Of a stretch of 64,000 nucleotides of DNA, positions 38,170 to 47,691 are shown one piece after another. Each line of letters starts with the position of its first letter. The first letter of the stretch is position 1. Source of the DNA: Clostridiaceae bacterium (GTDB taxonomy: Bacteria > Bacillota > Clostridia > CAYPLH01 > DUMO01); assembly GCA_012839865.1 (NCBI GenBank), contig DUMO01000072.1, positions 1 through 64,000 of the forward strand. The letters run 5' to 3'. The position numbers were made by a program, and so were the translations under genes. A model generated the notes under the pieces. That model searched no databases, was not told the origin of the DNA, and worked only from the letters and a program-made list of their open reading frames with translations.

Positions 38170-38919
38170 GTGGATTTTTTGCGCAAAGGATACAAGCTAT
38201 TCATTCTTTATACTGTTTTGCTGATAATATTGCTGTCGGCACTGTTGTTGGCTTTTGGACACACGAGTTTTACAGGCCGGTCAAACGGTTTTTTGAATGT
38301 GCCTTTTTTTATTGCCTCTCTTTTATCAATTGTTGGTTTATTTGCAATTTTGATAAGTGTTTTAAAAGCATATAGCCGCAGGGATATCAATAAAAGCACC
38401 CGCTGGCTTTTGAAAACCGGTCTTTTTGTGCTTGTGCCTTTCTACAATTTTGTATCCGGCATATTTAAAGTGGATGTAGAAGCATTGAACCTGTTCTATG
38501 TAGATCTCAACAATATTATGGTCAGGTCCTGCCCGGGAAAATATACGCCTGATAAAATCCTCCTTTTGCTGCCCCATTGTATGCAAAACTCGGAATGCCT
38601 GTACAAAGTGACAGGGAAAATATCAAATTGCCGCCGCTGTGGGAGGTGCAAAATTGGAGAGATAGCAGAGATTTTCATTGAAAGAGGTATTCATGTTGAA
38701 GTAGTCAGTGGGGGAACCGCAGCCCGGAAACTGGTAATGACTTTAAAACCAGGGCTTGTTCTGGCGGTGGCCTGCGAGAGGGAATTAACCAGCGGCATAC
38801 TGGATGCCGGTGATATACCGGTTATTGCAATTATTAACCAGAGGCCGGAGGGTCCATGCAATAATACAACAATAAATACTGAAGAACTAAGGAATATCCT
38901 TGAAAGGATTCTTGTATAA
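38170..38919 (+). CDS. DUF116-family membrane protein
   Basis: Two N-terminal TMs; LLLPHCMQ..C, CRRCGRCKIG, SGGTAAR and AVACEREL..G motifs. Confidence 0.8.
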   Translation: MDFLRKGYKLFILYTVLLIILLSALLLAFGHTSFTGRSNGFLNVPFFIASLLSIVGLFAILISVLKAYSRRDINKSTRWLLKTGLFVLVPFYNFVSGIFKVDVEALNLFYVDLNNIMVRSCPGKYTPDKILLLLPHCMQNSECLYKVTGKISNCRRCGRCKIGEIAEIFIERGIHVEVVSGGTAARKLVMTLKPGLVLAVACERELTSGILDAGDIPVIAIINQRPEGPCNNTTINTEELRNILERILV

Positions 38920-39145
38920 TTTTAAAGGTGGTTGTTTTGTTGCCGAAAGCAATATGCTGAGACAGGGAGCGCTGCCTGTTGTTCCGGAATAATTGTGCAC
39001 GTAGTGTGGACCAAGGGGTGCGGTTCTTTTGGTTGACCGTGCCCCGGCCACATAAACGGTTGTACCGGAACCAGCGCAAGAAATAGTTGTTTAGGATGTC
39101 CCAACAATGACTCTGTTACAAAAATATTACAAAATAAAAAAATGT

Positions 39146-39174
39146 TTGCTTTTTATTTGTCCACCAGTTATACT
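39146..39174 (+). promoter_or_regulatory. SigA-type promoter for the leader and ABC pair 1
   Basis: TTGCTT-17 nt-TATACT. Confidence 0.6.
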
Positions 39175-39223
39175 ATAATCTAGTGGTTAAATTTTGTTAA
39201 AAAATCGAAAGGAGGTCGTGCAA

Positions 39224-39316
39224 ATGAGATTGCAAATGAATAACAGAATCTTTACAAACTCAATAAGTTTTGATGTAACTTGTGCACGGCCTGTTTCTTC
39301 ATTTTATCTCCTATGA
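39224..39316 (+). CDS. Putative 30-aa leader peptide MRLQMNNRIFTNSISFDVTCARPVSSFYLL
   Basis: Strong RBS AAAGGAGG 8 nt before ATG; below the ORF-track cutoff; coding segment 39284-39294 is complementary to the downstream hairpin arm. Confidence 0.6.
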   Translation: MRLQMNNRIFTNSISFDVTCARPVSSFYLL

Positions 39317-39611
39317 GATTCCAATCATAAGGTAAACTGAGTCACAGGCGGTGCTGAAACTGCCTGTGGTATCGTGGCTCGGCTTGTCTGAATTTTCGGC
39401 AGAATGCATGGTAAATAGTAACAGGCGGTTTTTGCCAAAAAGTTAATATTAAAAAGCATTGCTGCGAATATTCCTGAAAAATTCACATGTTAAAAGAAAA
39501 GTTGGCGCAGGTAAACCTCGAAAAATCAAAGATTTGATGCTGCCTTTTAAGGAACGTTTTGCAGAGTGGAATTTGACAATTTTATAGTTTATTTTTGGGG
39601 GTAATTAGTTT

Positions 39612-41438
39612 ATGAGCAAAATGAAATTGCTCCGGAAGTTTATGAAAGGAAATCTGCTTCTTTATACCGGAGCGATAATAAGCGTAGCGCTGGCTACCGT
39701 TGCATCAATGATTTCGCCTCTTGTTTTGAGAACGGTTATTGACTCAATAATAGGCGGGAAACCCATTGAAGCGCCTGATTTTATTATCAGAATAATTGAA
39801 AATTTAGGTGGCAGGACTTATATCGCACAGAATTTATGGCTATGTGCAATTGTACTGGTTGTGGTTTCTGTGTTAAATGGGATATTCCTATATACAAAGG
39901 GCAAATGGTCCTCCAAAGCAGCCGAGTCCATTGCCAAAAACATGAGGGATTGGCTTTATGACAAGCTTCAGAACCTTTCCTATGATTATCATGTGAAGGC
40001 GGAAACCGGTGATCTTATTCAACGTTGTACTTCCGACGTGGAGACAGTAAGGAGGTTTATAGGAATACAGCTTGTTGAAATAGGAAGGGCGTTATTTATT
40101 CTCACAGCTATTTCCTTTGTGCTGTTCAGGCTTGACACGGAACTAGCAATGGTTTCATTGGCCATGGTCCCGGTTATTTTCCTGTACTCGTATTTCTATT
40201 TCAAAAAAGTCAAGAAATCCTTTAAAGCTTCTGATGAGGCTGAAGGCAGGCTGTCCAATGTACTTCAGGAGAATCTTACGGGTGTCCGGGTTGTAAGGGC
40301 ATTTGGACGGCAGGCTTATGAGGTGGAGAAGTTTAAAGCCAGGAATCTTGAATTTAAGGATATAACCTATGAGCTTATCAGGCTGTTGGCCTGGTATTGG
40401 TCGGTATCCGGTGGTATATGCATGCTTCAGATCGGAGCAGTGTTTGTTATGGGAGTTTACCGGACAGCGATAGGGGAAATGTCCCTGGGAACCCTTACTG
40501 CATTCAACACTTATATAGGAATGCTGTTGTGGCCGGTTCGATATATGGGAAGAATACTCACCGATTTGGGTAAAATGATGGTTTCCCTGGACCGTATAGG
40601 AGAGATTTTAAACAAGGAAGATGAAAGGTCACAGGTTGAGGGAGAGAAACCTCCCATCAATGGTGATATCAAATTTAAAAATGTGTACTTTGAATATGAA
40701 AAGGGCAAACCGGTGTTGAAAGATTTAACCTTTGACATACCTGAAGGCAAAACGGTTGCCATTCTGGGCTCCACAGGCTCGGGAAAATCGTCCCTGGTAC
40801 ACCTTTTGCAGAGGCTGTATGACTATCAGGACGGGTCAATTACCATTGGAGGAGTTGAATTAAAAAGAATCGATAAAAAATGGTTAAGGCAGCACATAGG
40901 CATAGTTTTGCAGGAGCCCTTCCTGTTCTCAAAGACCATAAAGGAAAACATCAGCCTTGCCTGTACCAACACTACAGACGAGGAAGTCTGTGACGTGGCA
41001 AAGACGGCATCAATACATGATGTAATATTGAATTTTGAAAAGGGATATGAAACACCTGTAGGTGAAAAGGGTGTCACCCTGTCAGGAGGACAGAAACAAA
41101 GGGTTGCAATAGCCAGAACCATAATAAGGAATTGCCCCATACTGATATTTGATGATTCCTTAAGCGCGGTTGACACTGAAACGGATGCGGCAATTCGAAA
41201 GGCACTTAAGGAGAGAAGCCGGGATGTTACAACAATTATCATATCCCACAGGATTACAACCTTGTCTGAAGCGGACAAAATAATTGTCCTGGAGCAGGGA
41301 AAAGTCACCCAGTCCGGAACCCATGAACAGCTGATTCAGGAGGAAGGACTCTACAAGAGGATTTGGGAACTCCAGAGTTCTCTGGAGGATGAACTTTACT
41401 CTCAAATCGAACATCAACAGGCTGTAGGCGCAAATTAG
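39612..41438 (+). CDS. ABC exporter half-transporter (TMD+NBD), subunit with degenerate Walker B (pair 1A)
   Basis: Six TMs; GSTGSGKS, LSGGQ, IFDD (catalytic Glu replaced by Asp), SHR. Confidence 0.93.
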   Translation: MSKMKLLRKFMKGNLLLYTGAIISVALATVASMISPLVLRTVIDSIIGGKPIEAPDFIIRIIENLGGRTYIAQNLWLCAIVLVVVSVLNGIFLYTKGKWSSKAAESIAKNMRDWLYDKLQNLSYDYHVKAETGDLIQRCTSDVETVRRFIGIQLVEIGRALFILTAISFVLFRLDTELAMVSLAMVPVIFLYSYFYFKKVKKSFKASDEAEGRLSNVLQENLTGVRVVRAFGRQAYEVEKFKARNLEFKDITYELIRLLAWYWSVSGGICMLQIGAVFVMGVYRTAIGEMSLGTLTAFNTYIGMLLWPVRYMGRILTDLGKMMVSLDRIGEILNKEDERSQVEGEKPPINGDIKFKNVYFEYEKGKPVLKDLTFDIPEGKTVAILGSTGSGKSSLVHLLQRLYDYQDGSITIGGVELKRIDKKWLRQHIGIVLQEPFLFSKTIKENISLACTNTTDEEVCDVAKTASIHDVILNFEKGYETPVGEKGVTLSGGQKQRVAIARTIIRNCPILIFDDSLSAVDTETDAAIRKALKERSRDVTTIIISHRITTLSEADKIIVLEQGKVTQSGTHEQLIQEEGLYKRIWELQSSLEDELYSQIEHQQAVGAN

Positions 41439-41453
41439 TGCCGCAGAAAGGAA

Positions 41454-43292
41454 GTGAAAAAAATGGATGCATTTAAAGAAGAAGATTATAGTAAGCAATT
41501 TGACATAGGCTTGTGGAAAAAGCTATTGAGGTGTTTGATTCCATACAAGAAACTCCTGGTAGTTTCAATCGGACTGATAGTGTTGATAGGAGCTATAGAC
41601 GCAGTATTCCCGCTGATTACCAGGTATGCAATAGACAATTTTATCATGGAAGGGAAGCTGTCAGACCTTATATACTTTGCACCCCTTTATGGCTTTTTGA
41701 TTGTTTTCCAGTCCGTGAATGTTTTCTTGCATATTGCTGTATCAGGGAAAATTGAAATGGGAGTATGCTATGACTTAAGAGAGACTGGCTTTAAGCGTTT
41801 GCAGGAGCTTTCATATTCATATTATGACAGAACCCCGGTCGGCTGGATTATGGCCAGGATGACTTCGGATGTACAAAGACTTAGCGAAACCCTGTCCTGG
41901 GGATTTACCGACCTGATTTGGGGATTCAGCATGATGGTGTTTATTATGGCTGCTTTGTTTGCAATGAACTGGAAGCTGGCATTGATTTCCCTTTCAGTAG
42001 TGCCTGTCCTGGCTGTTGTAAGCGTATACTTTCAAAAAAGGATACTTGATGCATACAGGGTGGTAAGGAAGACTAATTCCCAGATTACAGGGGGATTTAA
42101 TGAAGGTATTCAGGGAGCCAGGACAACTAAAACTCTTGTAAGGGAAAAGAGAAACCTTGGAGAGTTCGAGGGACTCACGGGAAATATGAGAAAGTCGGCT
42201 ATTACCGCGGCTGTATTGTCAGCCCTGTATATGCCTCTGGTAATGATTCTTGGCAGCATCGGAACCGGGCTTGCATTATGGTTTGGAGGACAGAGAGTAA
42301 TGCTGGAGGTAATGAGTTATGGAACCCTGGTTGCATTTATATCATATACGGTGCAGTTTTTTGAGCCAATAAGGGAAATGGCGCGCATATTTGCCGAATT
42401 GCAGTATGCACAGGCTTCAGCTGAGAGGGTAATGTCGTTGGTGGATACTGAACCGGAAATAGTGGATTCAAAAGAAGTCATCGAAAAAATGGGGGATGTG
42501 TTTTCGCCTAAGGTAAAGAACTGGCCGCCTGTGAAGGGTGATATCAAATTTGAAAATGTCACCTTCAAATACAAAGACGGTGAAAAGGTCCTTGAAAACT
42601 TCAACCTGCATGTAAGAACAGGAGAGACAATTGCTCTGGTTGGTGAGACCGGTTCCGGCAAAAGCACCATTGTAAACCTCGTATGCAGGTTTTATGAGCC
42701 CACTGAAGGCAGGATTTTGATTGATAATGTTGACTACAGGAACAGGTCCCAGTTATGGCTGCAGTCAAATCTTGGATATGTGCTTCAGACACCACACCTT
42801 TTCAGTGGTACAATACGGGAAAACATCCGGTACGGACGACTGGATGCTACGGATGAGGAAGTTGAGGAAGCAGCCAGGCTGGTGCATGCCGACGAGTTCA
42901 TTAAAAAGCTTGAAAAGCAGTATGATACCGAAGTCGGCGAGGGGGGAGGCAGGCTCTCCACCGGAGAAAAACAGCTTATTTCCTTTGCCAGGGCAATACT
43001 TGCAAACCCGCGGATTTTTGTCCTGGATGAGGCTACATCTTCGATTGATACCGAGACAGAGCAGATTATCCAGAGTGCAATACAAAAAGTCCTGAAAGGC
43101 AGAACCAGCTTCATAATTGCCCACAGGCTGTCCACCATACGTTCCGCAGACAGGATTCTGGTTATCCGGGACGGCAAAATAATAGAAGAGGGGAACCATT
43201 ACCAGCTTATAAAGAAAAAAGGATATTACTACAACCTGTACACGAATCAGTTCAAAGAAGAACAGGAAAAGCAACTGCTTAGGGCCCAGTAA
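41454..43292 (+). CDS. ABC exporter half-transporter (TMD+NBD), consensus Walker B subunit (pair 1B)
   Basis: GETGSGKS, non-canonical signature LSTGE, VLDEATS, AHR. Confidence 0.93.
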   Translation: MKKMDAFKEEDYSKQFDIGLWKKLLRCLIPYKKLLVVSIGLIVLIGAIDAVFPLITRYAIDNFIMEGKLSDLIYFAPLYGFLIVFQSVNVFLHIAVSGKIEMGVCYDLRETGFKRLQELSYSYYDRTPVGWIMARMTSDVQRLSETLSWGFTDLIWGFSMMVFIMAALFAMNWKLALISLSVVPVLAVVSVYFQKRILDAYRVVRKTNSQITGGFNEGIQGARTTKTLVREKRNLGEFEGLTGNMRKSAITAAVLSALYMPLVMILGSIGTGLALWFGGQRVMLEVMSYGTLVAFISYTVQFFEPIREMARIFAELQYAQASAERVMSLVDTEPEIVDSKEVIEKMGDVFSPKVKNWPPVKGDIKFENVTFKYKDGEKVLENFNLHVRTGETIALVGETGSGKSTIVNLVCRFYEPTEGRILIDNVDYRNRSQLWLQSNLGYVLQTPHLFSGTIRENIRYGRLDATDEEVEEAARLVHADEFIKKLEKQYDTEVGEGGGRLSTGEKQLISFARAILANPRIFVLDEATSSIDTETEQIIQSAIQKVLKGRTSFIIAHRLSTIRSADRILVIRDGKIIEEGNHYQLIKKKGYYYNLYTNQFKEEQEKQLLRAQ

Positions 43293-43350
43293 TGGCAAGT
43301 CCATAGCTCAGAACTCAAAAACAGAAAGGCTAATGCTCCGGACTTAACGA

Positions 43351-43380
43351 AAAAAACCACCCGGTAAACCGGGTGGTTTT
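43351..43380. terminator. Bidirectional terminator
   Basis: AAAAAACCACCCGG-TAAA-CCGGGTGGTTTT between convergent genes. Confidence 0.85.
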
Positions 43381-43386
43381 ACTATT

Positions 43387-43698
43387 CTATTCAGCGCTGT
43401 CAAGATTGTTTTGAAAGGTTATCCTGTTGTCCCTGGCGAACTTTTCAAAACCTGCTTTGTATTCTTCAAAAAAATTCTTTTCCTTCAGTTTTGTGTAGAC
43501 GATAGGTTCACCACGTTTCGGTGTCACTATTGTAATTTTTTCTGAAGGTACTTTACGGAAAAATTTGAACTCTGTGCATTTATCAAATTGAATCCTGGTA
43601 ATTTGATTATACGTAAGATTCATAGTTACAAACTTTTTCCCCTGGGGAAATCCAAGCACCAATTCTGTCTTGTCAAAAAACACATGCCTTTGCGCCAC
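43387..43698 (-). CDS. Hypothetical protein (about 103 aa)
   Basis: RBS AAAGGAGG before GTG 43698; no family recognised. Confidence 0.7.
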   Translation of the reverse strand: MAQRHVFFDKTELVLGFPQGKKFVTMNLTYNQITRIQFDKCTEFKFFRKVPSEKITIVTPKRGEPIVYTKLKEKNFFEEYKAGFEKFARDNRITFQNNLDSAE

Positions 43699-43869
43699 TA
43701 TAAAACCTCCTTTCTGGAGCATGGAGATTACATGAACATCCATTAAATACTATATATTTTTATGTCTATCCTGTATAATAATATTATGTGTGTTTTTTGT
43801 CAATATGCTTAAATTGAGGCATTTTGTCTGCTTGTTTAGGGAGCAAGTAATTTTTTGGGAGTGTTGACA

Positions 43870-44622
43870 TTGGATACTGTTAAAAAAGTTGCCGATATTA
43901 TAAAAAACTCAAAATATATTGTGGCGTTTACAGGTGCAGGTGTATCTACTGAAAGCAACATACCTGATTTCAGGTCTGCCAACGGCTTATACTCGCAAAA
44001 AAGCGCAAAACAGGTGTATCCTCCGGAGGTCATACTTAGCAGAAGCTTTTTTTTGGAAAAGCCCCATGAATTTTTCAGCTATTATCGAAACAATATGATT
44101 TACCCTGATGCAGCGCCCAACAGGTGTCATACTGCACTTTCGGAGCTTGAGGGGAAGGGGAAGGTCAAAGCTGTAATAACACAAAACATTGACGGGCTTC
44201 ATATAAAAGCCGGTTCAGTTAATGTATTGGAGCTGCATGGTTCGGTTGCAAAGAATTATTGCATGAAGTGCAAAAGAAAGTATGGGCTTGATTACATAAT
44301 GAACTATCCAGAAGTAGTGCCTTTGTGCGAAAAATGCGGTGGCATAGTCCGCCCGGATGTTGTCTTATATGAAGAAATGCTGGACGAGGACGTACTCTCA
44401 AAATCGGTATCTTTCATAAGGCATGCAGATATGCTATTAGTTATGGGTACAAGCCTGGTGGTCCATCCTGCAGCAGGGTTGATCAATTACTACCGGGGAG
44501 ACAAGCTTGTACTGATAAACAAATCCGGCACGCCCTATGATAATTATGCAAATTTTTTGATACATGATGCTGCAGGGAAAGTCATGGGCGAAATCATGGA
44601 TTGTATCGCCAACGGTGACTAA
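43870..44622 (+). CDS. cobB: NAD-dependent protein deacylase (sirtuin/Sir2 family)
   Basis: FTGAGVSTESNIPDFRS, ITQNIDGLH, ELHGS, CxxC...CxxC and MGTSLVVHPAA; start uncertain (43855-43870). Confidence 0.92.
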   Translation: MDTVKKVADIIKNSKYIVAFTGAGVSTESNIPDFRSANGLYSQKSAKQVYPPEVILSRSFFLEKPHEFFSYYRNNMIYPDAAPNRCHTALSELEGKGKVKAVITQNIDGLHIKAGSVNVLELHGSVAKNYCMKCKRKYGLDYIMNYPEVVPLCEKCGGIVRPDVVLYEEMLDEDVLSKSVSFIRHADMLLVMGTSLVVHPAAGLINYYRGDKLVLINKSGTPYDNYANFLIHDAAGKVMGEIMDCIANGD

Positions 44623-44735
44623 AGGAGATGCCATATGAGAAAACCGCTGCTGAAGCAGGATTCTTAAACTTTAATGCCTTATAAATCGTAAGGGATACAG
44701 GGTAAGGAAACCGGCTTCAGCAGGAATTATATCAT

Positions 44736-45437
44736 TTAATCCTTGTTATAGCCCGACATTTCCCTGTAAAGACTGTAGCCGATTTCAAAAGCTTCGCCAT
44801 CCGGATTCCAAAGCCTTGCAAAAGATACAACTCCGGTTCCTTCTTCAATTGTTCTTATTTCATAATAATCGCTGTCCCGGTCCCTGTATTCAACGGTATA
44901 TACCTTTTTTCCATCCAATTCTTCTACTTTTGTAATCTCGCTATTTAAATGCCTTTCATTCCCTTTTTTATCGGCAGCCACCTGTGTCCATTTATTGCCT
45001 TCTACAAGGGGGGCTCTTATAAGCTCAAGACGGTCCATTTCTGAATCCATCATGATATTTTCCTTTTTTACTTGTATAATGGAACCGTTTTGTATTATAT
45101 ATTTAAGGTCAATACTGAAATGTTCTTCACCCATGCCTGATTCGCCGTCTGACATGTCAAAAACTTTTCCTTTTATTATATAAGTTGTTTTTTCATTGTC
45201 CGTTACAATTTCCTCCAGGGTCATTTGATGTCCATATTCCGCAAACCCGTTGTATATCCACGTGTAGCCCTCCTTTTCAGGTAGAAGCTTGAAAAGGGCT
45301 TCGTTTGCATTTTGTGAAATATTACCGGACTCAGTGGCGGTACCAGGATTATTCAGGTTGATGTTTATTTTGCCGTCAATGGTACAACCGCTGAGTAGTA
45401 AACCAATTATAATTGCTGCCAACAATATTTGCTTCAT
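44736..45437 (-). CDS. Hypothetical lipoprotein
   Basis: Signal peptide with lipobox LLSGC; beta-rich soluble domain; abuts the upstream transporter gene. Confidence 0.75.
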   Translation of the reverse strand: MKQILLAAIIIGLLLSGCTIDGKININLNNPGTATESGNISQNANEALFKLLPEKEGYTWIYNGFAEYGHQMTLEEIVTDNEKTTYIIKGKVFDMSDGESGMGEEHFSIDLKYIIQNGSIIQVKKENIMMDSEMDRLELIRAPLVEGNKWTQVAADKKGNERHLNSEITKVEELDGKKVYTVEYRDRDSDYYEIRTIEEGTGVVSFARLWNPDGEAFEIGYSLYREMSGYNKD

Positions 45438-45441
45438 CTAA

Positions 45442-46434
45442 TCATCCTCGCTTCTTTTTATTTTTGCTTTTGTTTTTATTATTTCTTTCAATAATTATTG
45501 TATTAATAAAATTTATATAGTACTTGTTTATCGGAAGAAAAATCACGGCTCCCAACACGTTGAAAATTGTATGGGTATTGGCAACCAGGCGGCTTTTATC
45601 CTGTCCAAGCATTAAAGTGACATTTTGCGCCAGATCCGCAAAAGGTCTGAAAAATATAAGCACGGCAATAACGCATATGACATTGTAAAGGGTATGGACC
45701 CATGCGGTGCGGTGTGCCCATATGTTGCCGCCCAACCCTGCGGTGTGGGCTGTAAAGCATGTGCCTATGTTGTCCCCCAGGGTTAACCCGATTGCAGTAC
45801 TGAAATCTATAAGTCCCGCATTGAACAGAACAATGGTAAAACCTACCGTAGCACTGCTGGAGTGTACCAGCATGGTGGCCAGCATGCCGATAAACAAGCC
45901 TGCAACAGGGCTTTTGCCATACTTGAGAAAAATATTGTATACAAATCTACTTTCCTTAATGTATGGAACACTTGCATTTAAAGTATTCAGCCCGGTAAAA
46001 ATAAACCCAAATCCGGTGATTATCTTTCCTAAATTTCTTAGACTGCGTTTTTTCGAAAAAGTTCCTAAAAGTAAGCCCACCACCAGAGCCGGCAATCCTA
46101 TTTCGGTTATTTTAAATGACATAAGCTGGGCAGTCAGGGTAGTCCCGATATTGGCTCCATATATGATCCCGGCGGCATTGGACAGGGTGATTAATCCAGA
46201 ATTTACCAGACCTACGGTTATCACTGTAATGGTTGTGCTGCTCTGCACCAGAGCGGTAAGGAAAGCACCTGAAACAAATGCTTTTGGAAGGCTTCCTGTG
46301 CATGTTGTGAGTATCTTTTTTAATTTTTCGGTATTGGCTTTTTCAAGACCTTCACTAAGAAGATTTACTCCATAAACCAGGCACAGTGTACCTGTCAGAA
46401 AGTTAAAAAGAATAATAAAAATGGGGTTTATCAT
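45442..46434 (-). CDS. Na/Pi-cotransporter family protein (short form without PhoU domains)
   Basis: LVQSSTTITVITVGL, GANIGTT, LVHSSSATV and GDNIGTC repeats; start moved to ATG 46434. Confidence 0.85.
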   Translation of the reverse strand: MINPIFIILFNFLTGTLCLVYGVNLLSEGLEKANTEKLKKILTTCTGSLPKAFVSGAFLTALVQSSTTITVITVGLVNSGLITLSNAAGIIYGANIGTTLTAQLMSFKITEIGLPALVVGLLLGTFSKKRSLRNLGKIITGFGFIFTGLNTLNASVPYIKESRFVYNIFLKYGKSPVAGLFIGMLATMLVHSSSATVGFTIVLFNAGLIDFSTAIGLTLGDNIGTCFTAHTAGLGGNIWAHRTAWVHTLYNVICVIAVLIFFRPFADLAQNVTLMLGQDKSRLVANTHTIFNVLGAVIFLPINKYYINFINTIIIERNNKNKSKNKKKRG

Positions 46435-46804
46435 ATATATCACCTGCCAGCAGCTCCCCTGGTCTTTAGCTGGATAATTGACGTAATAACGTTTTTTGCA
46501 ATGTACCTGCCAATTGACCCGGCAGGCATAATTTAAAAGCACATAGTAAAGATATGAGGATGGCAGGCTTAAAATTCGTATTAGATTGCTGTTTTTCAGT
46601 ACTTCTAAATGCACATTGAATCTGGCATATTAGAGAGCTTTCACTCATAGTTATATATAAACATTCAGACGGTTAATGCCGGGTAATAAAAAGTAGCTGT
46701 CAAAAAACAGATGAGATAGTTACCAGGCTCTTGCCTGGTGATGTCTGCAGCAGTTTTCGGGCTTTTTTCAAGACAAGTGATGCAACAAAAAAATCCTCAC
46801 TGTT

Positions 46805-46832
46805 AACATTAGGTTTACATAATTCATATAAT
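46805..46832 (+). promoter_or_regulatory. Candidate SigK (late sporulation) promoter for the SOD gene
   Basis: AACA-16 nt-CATATAAT fits the mACm-N16-CATAnnnT consensus. Confidence 0.4.
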
Positions 46833-46912
46833 GCACTAGTAACTTAGTGTTGAGGGTGAGGGAAATGTTTGTAAACAGATTGGGAAATTTATTTTACAGA
46901 GGGGAAGATGGT

Positions 46913-47431
46913 ATGCTTCAACCTGGATATTACTCAAAAATGGCTGTGGCCATGTTGAAGGGCGGTCCTTACAGGCCTCAGATATCAGGGGTGGTCTGGT
47001 TCAGAAATGTACCCGGAGGGACTGAGGTTACAGCGATTGTCTCGGGGCTTCCTCCATATCAGCCGGGGAAAAACGGCAAACCTCCCGTGGGCCCTCATGG
47101 CTTTCACATTCACCAATATGGGAACTGTGAGGTTGGAAATCCGGCAGAGCCATTCAAGGCAGCCGGGGACCACTGGAATCCGGATAACCAGCCCCATGGA
47201 AATCACGCAGGTGATTTTCCGGTGTTGTTCTCAAATAACGGAATCGCAAGAATGAGCTTTTTTACAAACCGTTTCAGTGTTGAAGATGTGATTGGAAAAT
47301 CAGTAATAATCCATGAAAATCCGGACGACTACAGAACCCAGCCTGCGGGGGACGCGGGGAAAAGGCTTGCTTGCGGAGTCATACAGCCTGTAAGTTATCA
47401 AGACACTACAAGATGCCCGTACTATTATTAA
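46913..47431 (+). CDS. sodC: Cu/Zn superoxide dismutase family protein
   Basis: HGFHIH, GDHWNP, PHGNHAGD, IIHENPDD and GDAGKRLACG; all metal ligands appear present; no signal peptide. Confidence 0.88.
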   Translation: MLQPGYYSKMAVAMLKGGPYRPQISGVVWFRNVPGGTEVTAIVSGLPPYQPGKNGKPPVGPHGFHIHQYGNCEVGNPAEPFKAAGDHWNPDNQPHGNHAGDFPVLFSNNGIARMSFFTNRFSVEDVIGKSVIIHENPDDYRTQPAGDAGKRLACGVIQPVSYQDTTRCPYYY

Positions 47432-47541
47432 AGGTGTATTGTTAGAGGTGACCCGGGGAGCAGTTACGGCGGCCTGTTGTAATCAGGTTAGCCATAGGGA
47501 CAGTCTCCGTGGCTTGTGGGTTTGCTTTGGTTGCAGCCGGG

Positions 47542-47612
47542 AGAACCGTCCCTGTGGTTTGGAGGGTGACAAGGGGGCGGTTCTTTTTTTGCAACCGGAA
47601 GAACCGTCCCCT
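47542..47612. repeat. REP-like repeat cluster (GGGGACGGTTCT family)
   Basis: AGAACCGTCCC at 47542, GGGGGCGGTTCTT at 47572 and AGAACCGTCCCCT at 47600; the last two form a hairpin. Confidence 0.7.
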
Positions 47613-47691
47613 GTTTTCACTATTTATATTATTTGATTTTAATGCTAAAATAATTAGTATTAATGTAAACTTTATGAAGGAAGGTTTTTAA

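Noticed and set aside
47439..47691. T-box before asnS, and the small ORFs 47439-47636 and 47509-47691
   Set aside because: The region is occupied by REP-like repeats; no T-box motif; ORFs lack an RBS and coding character.
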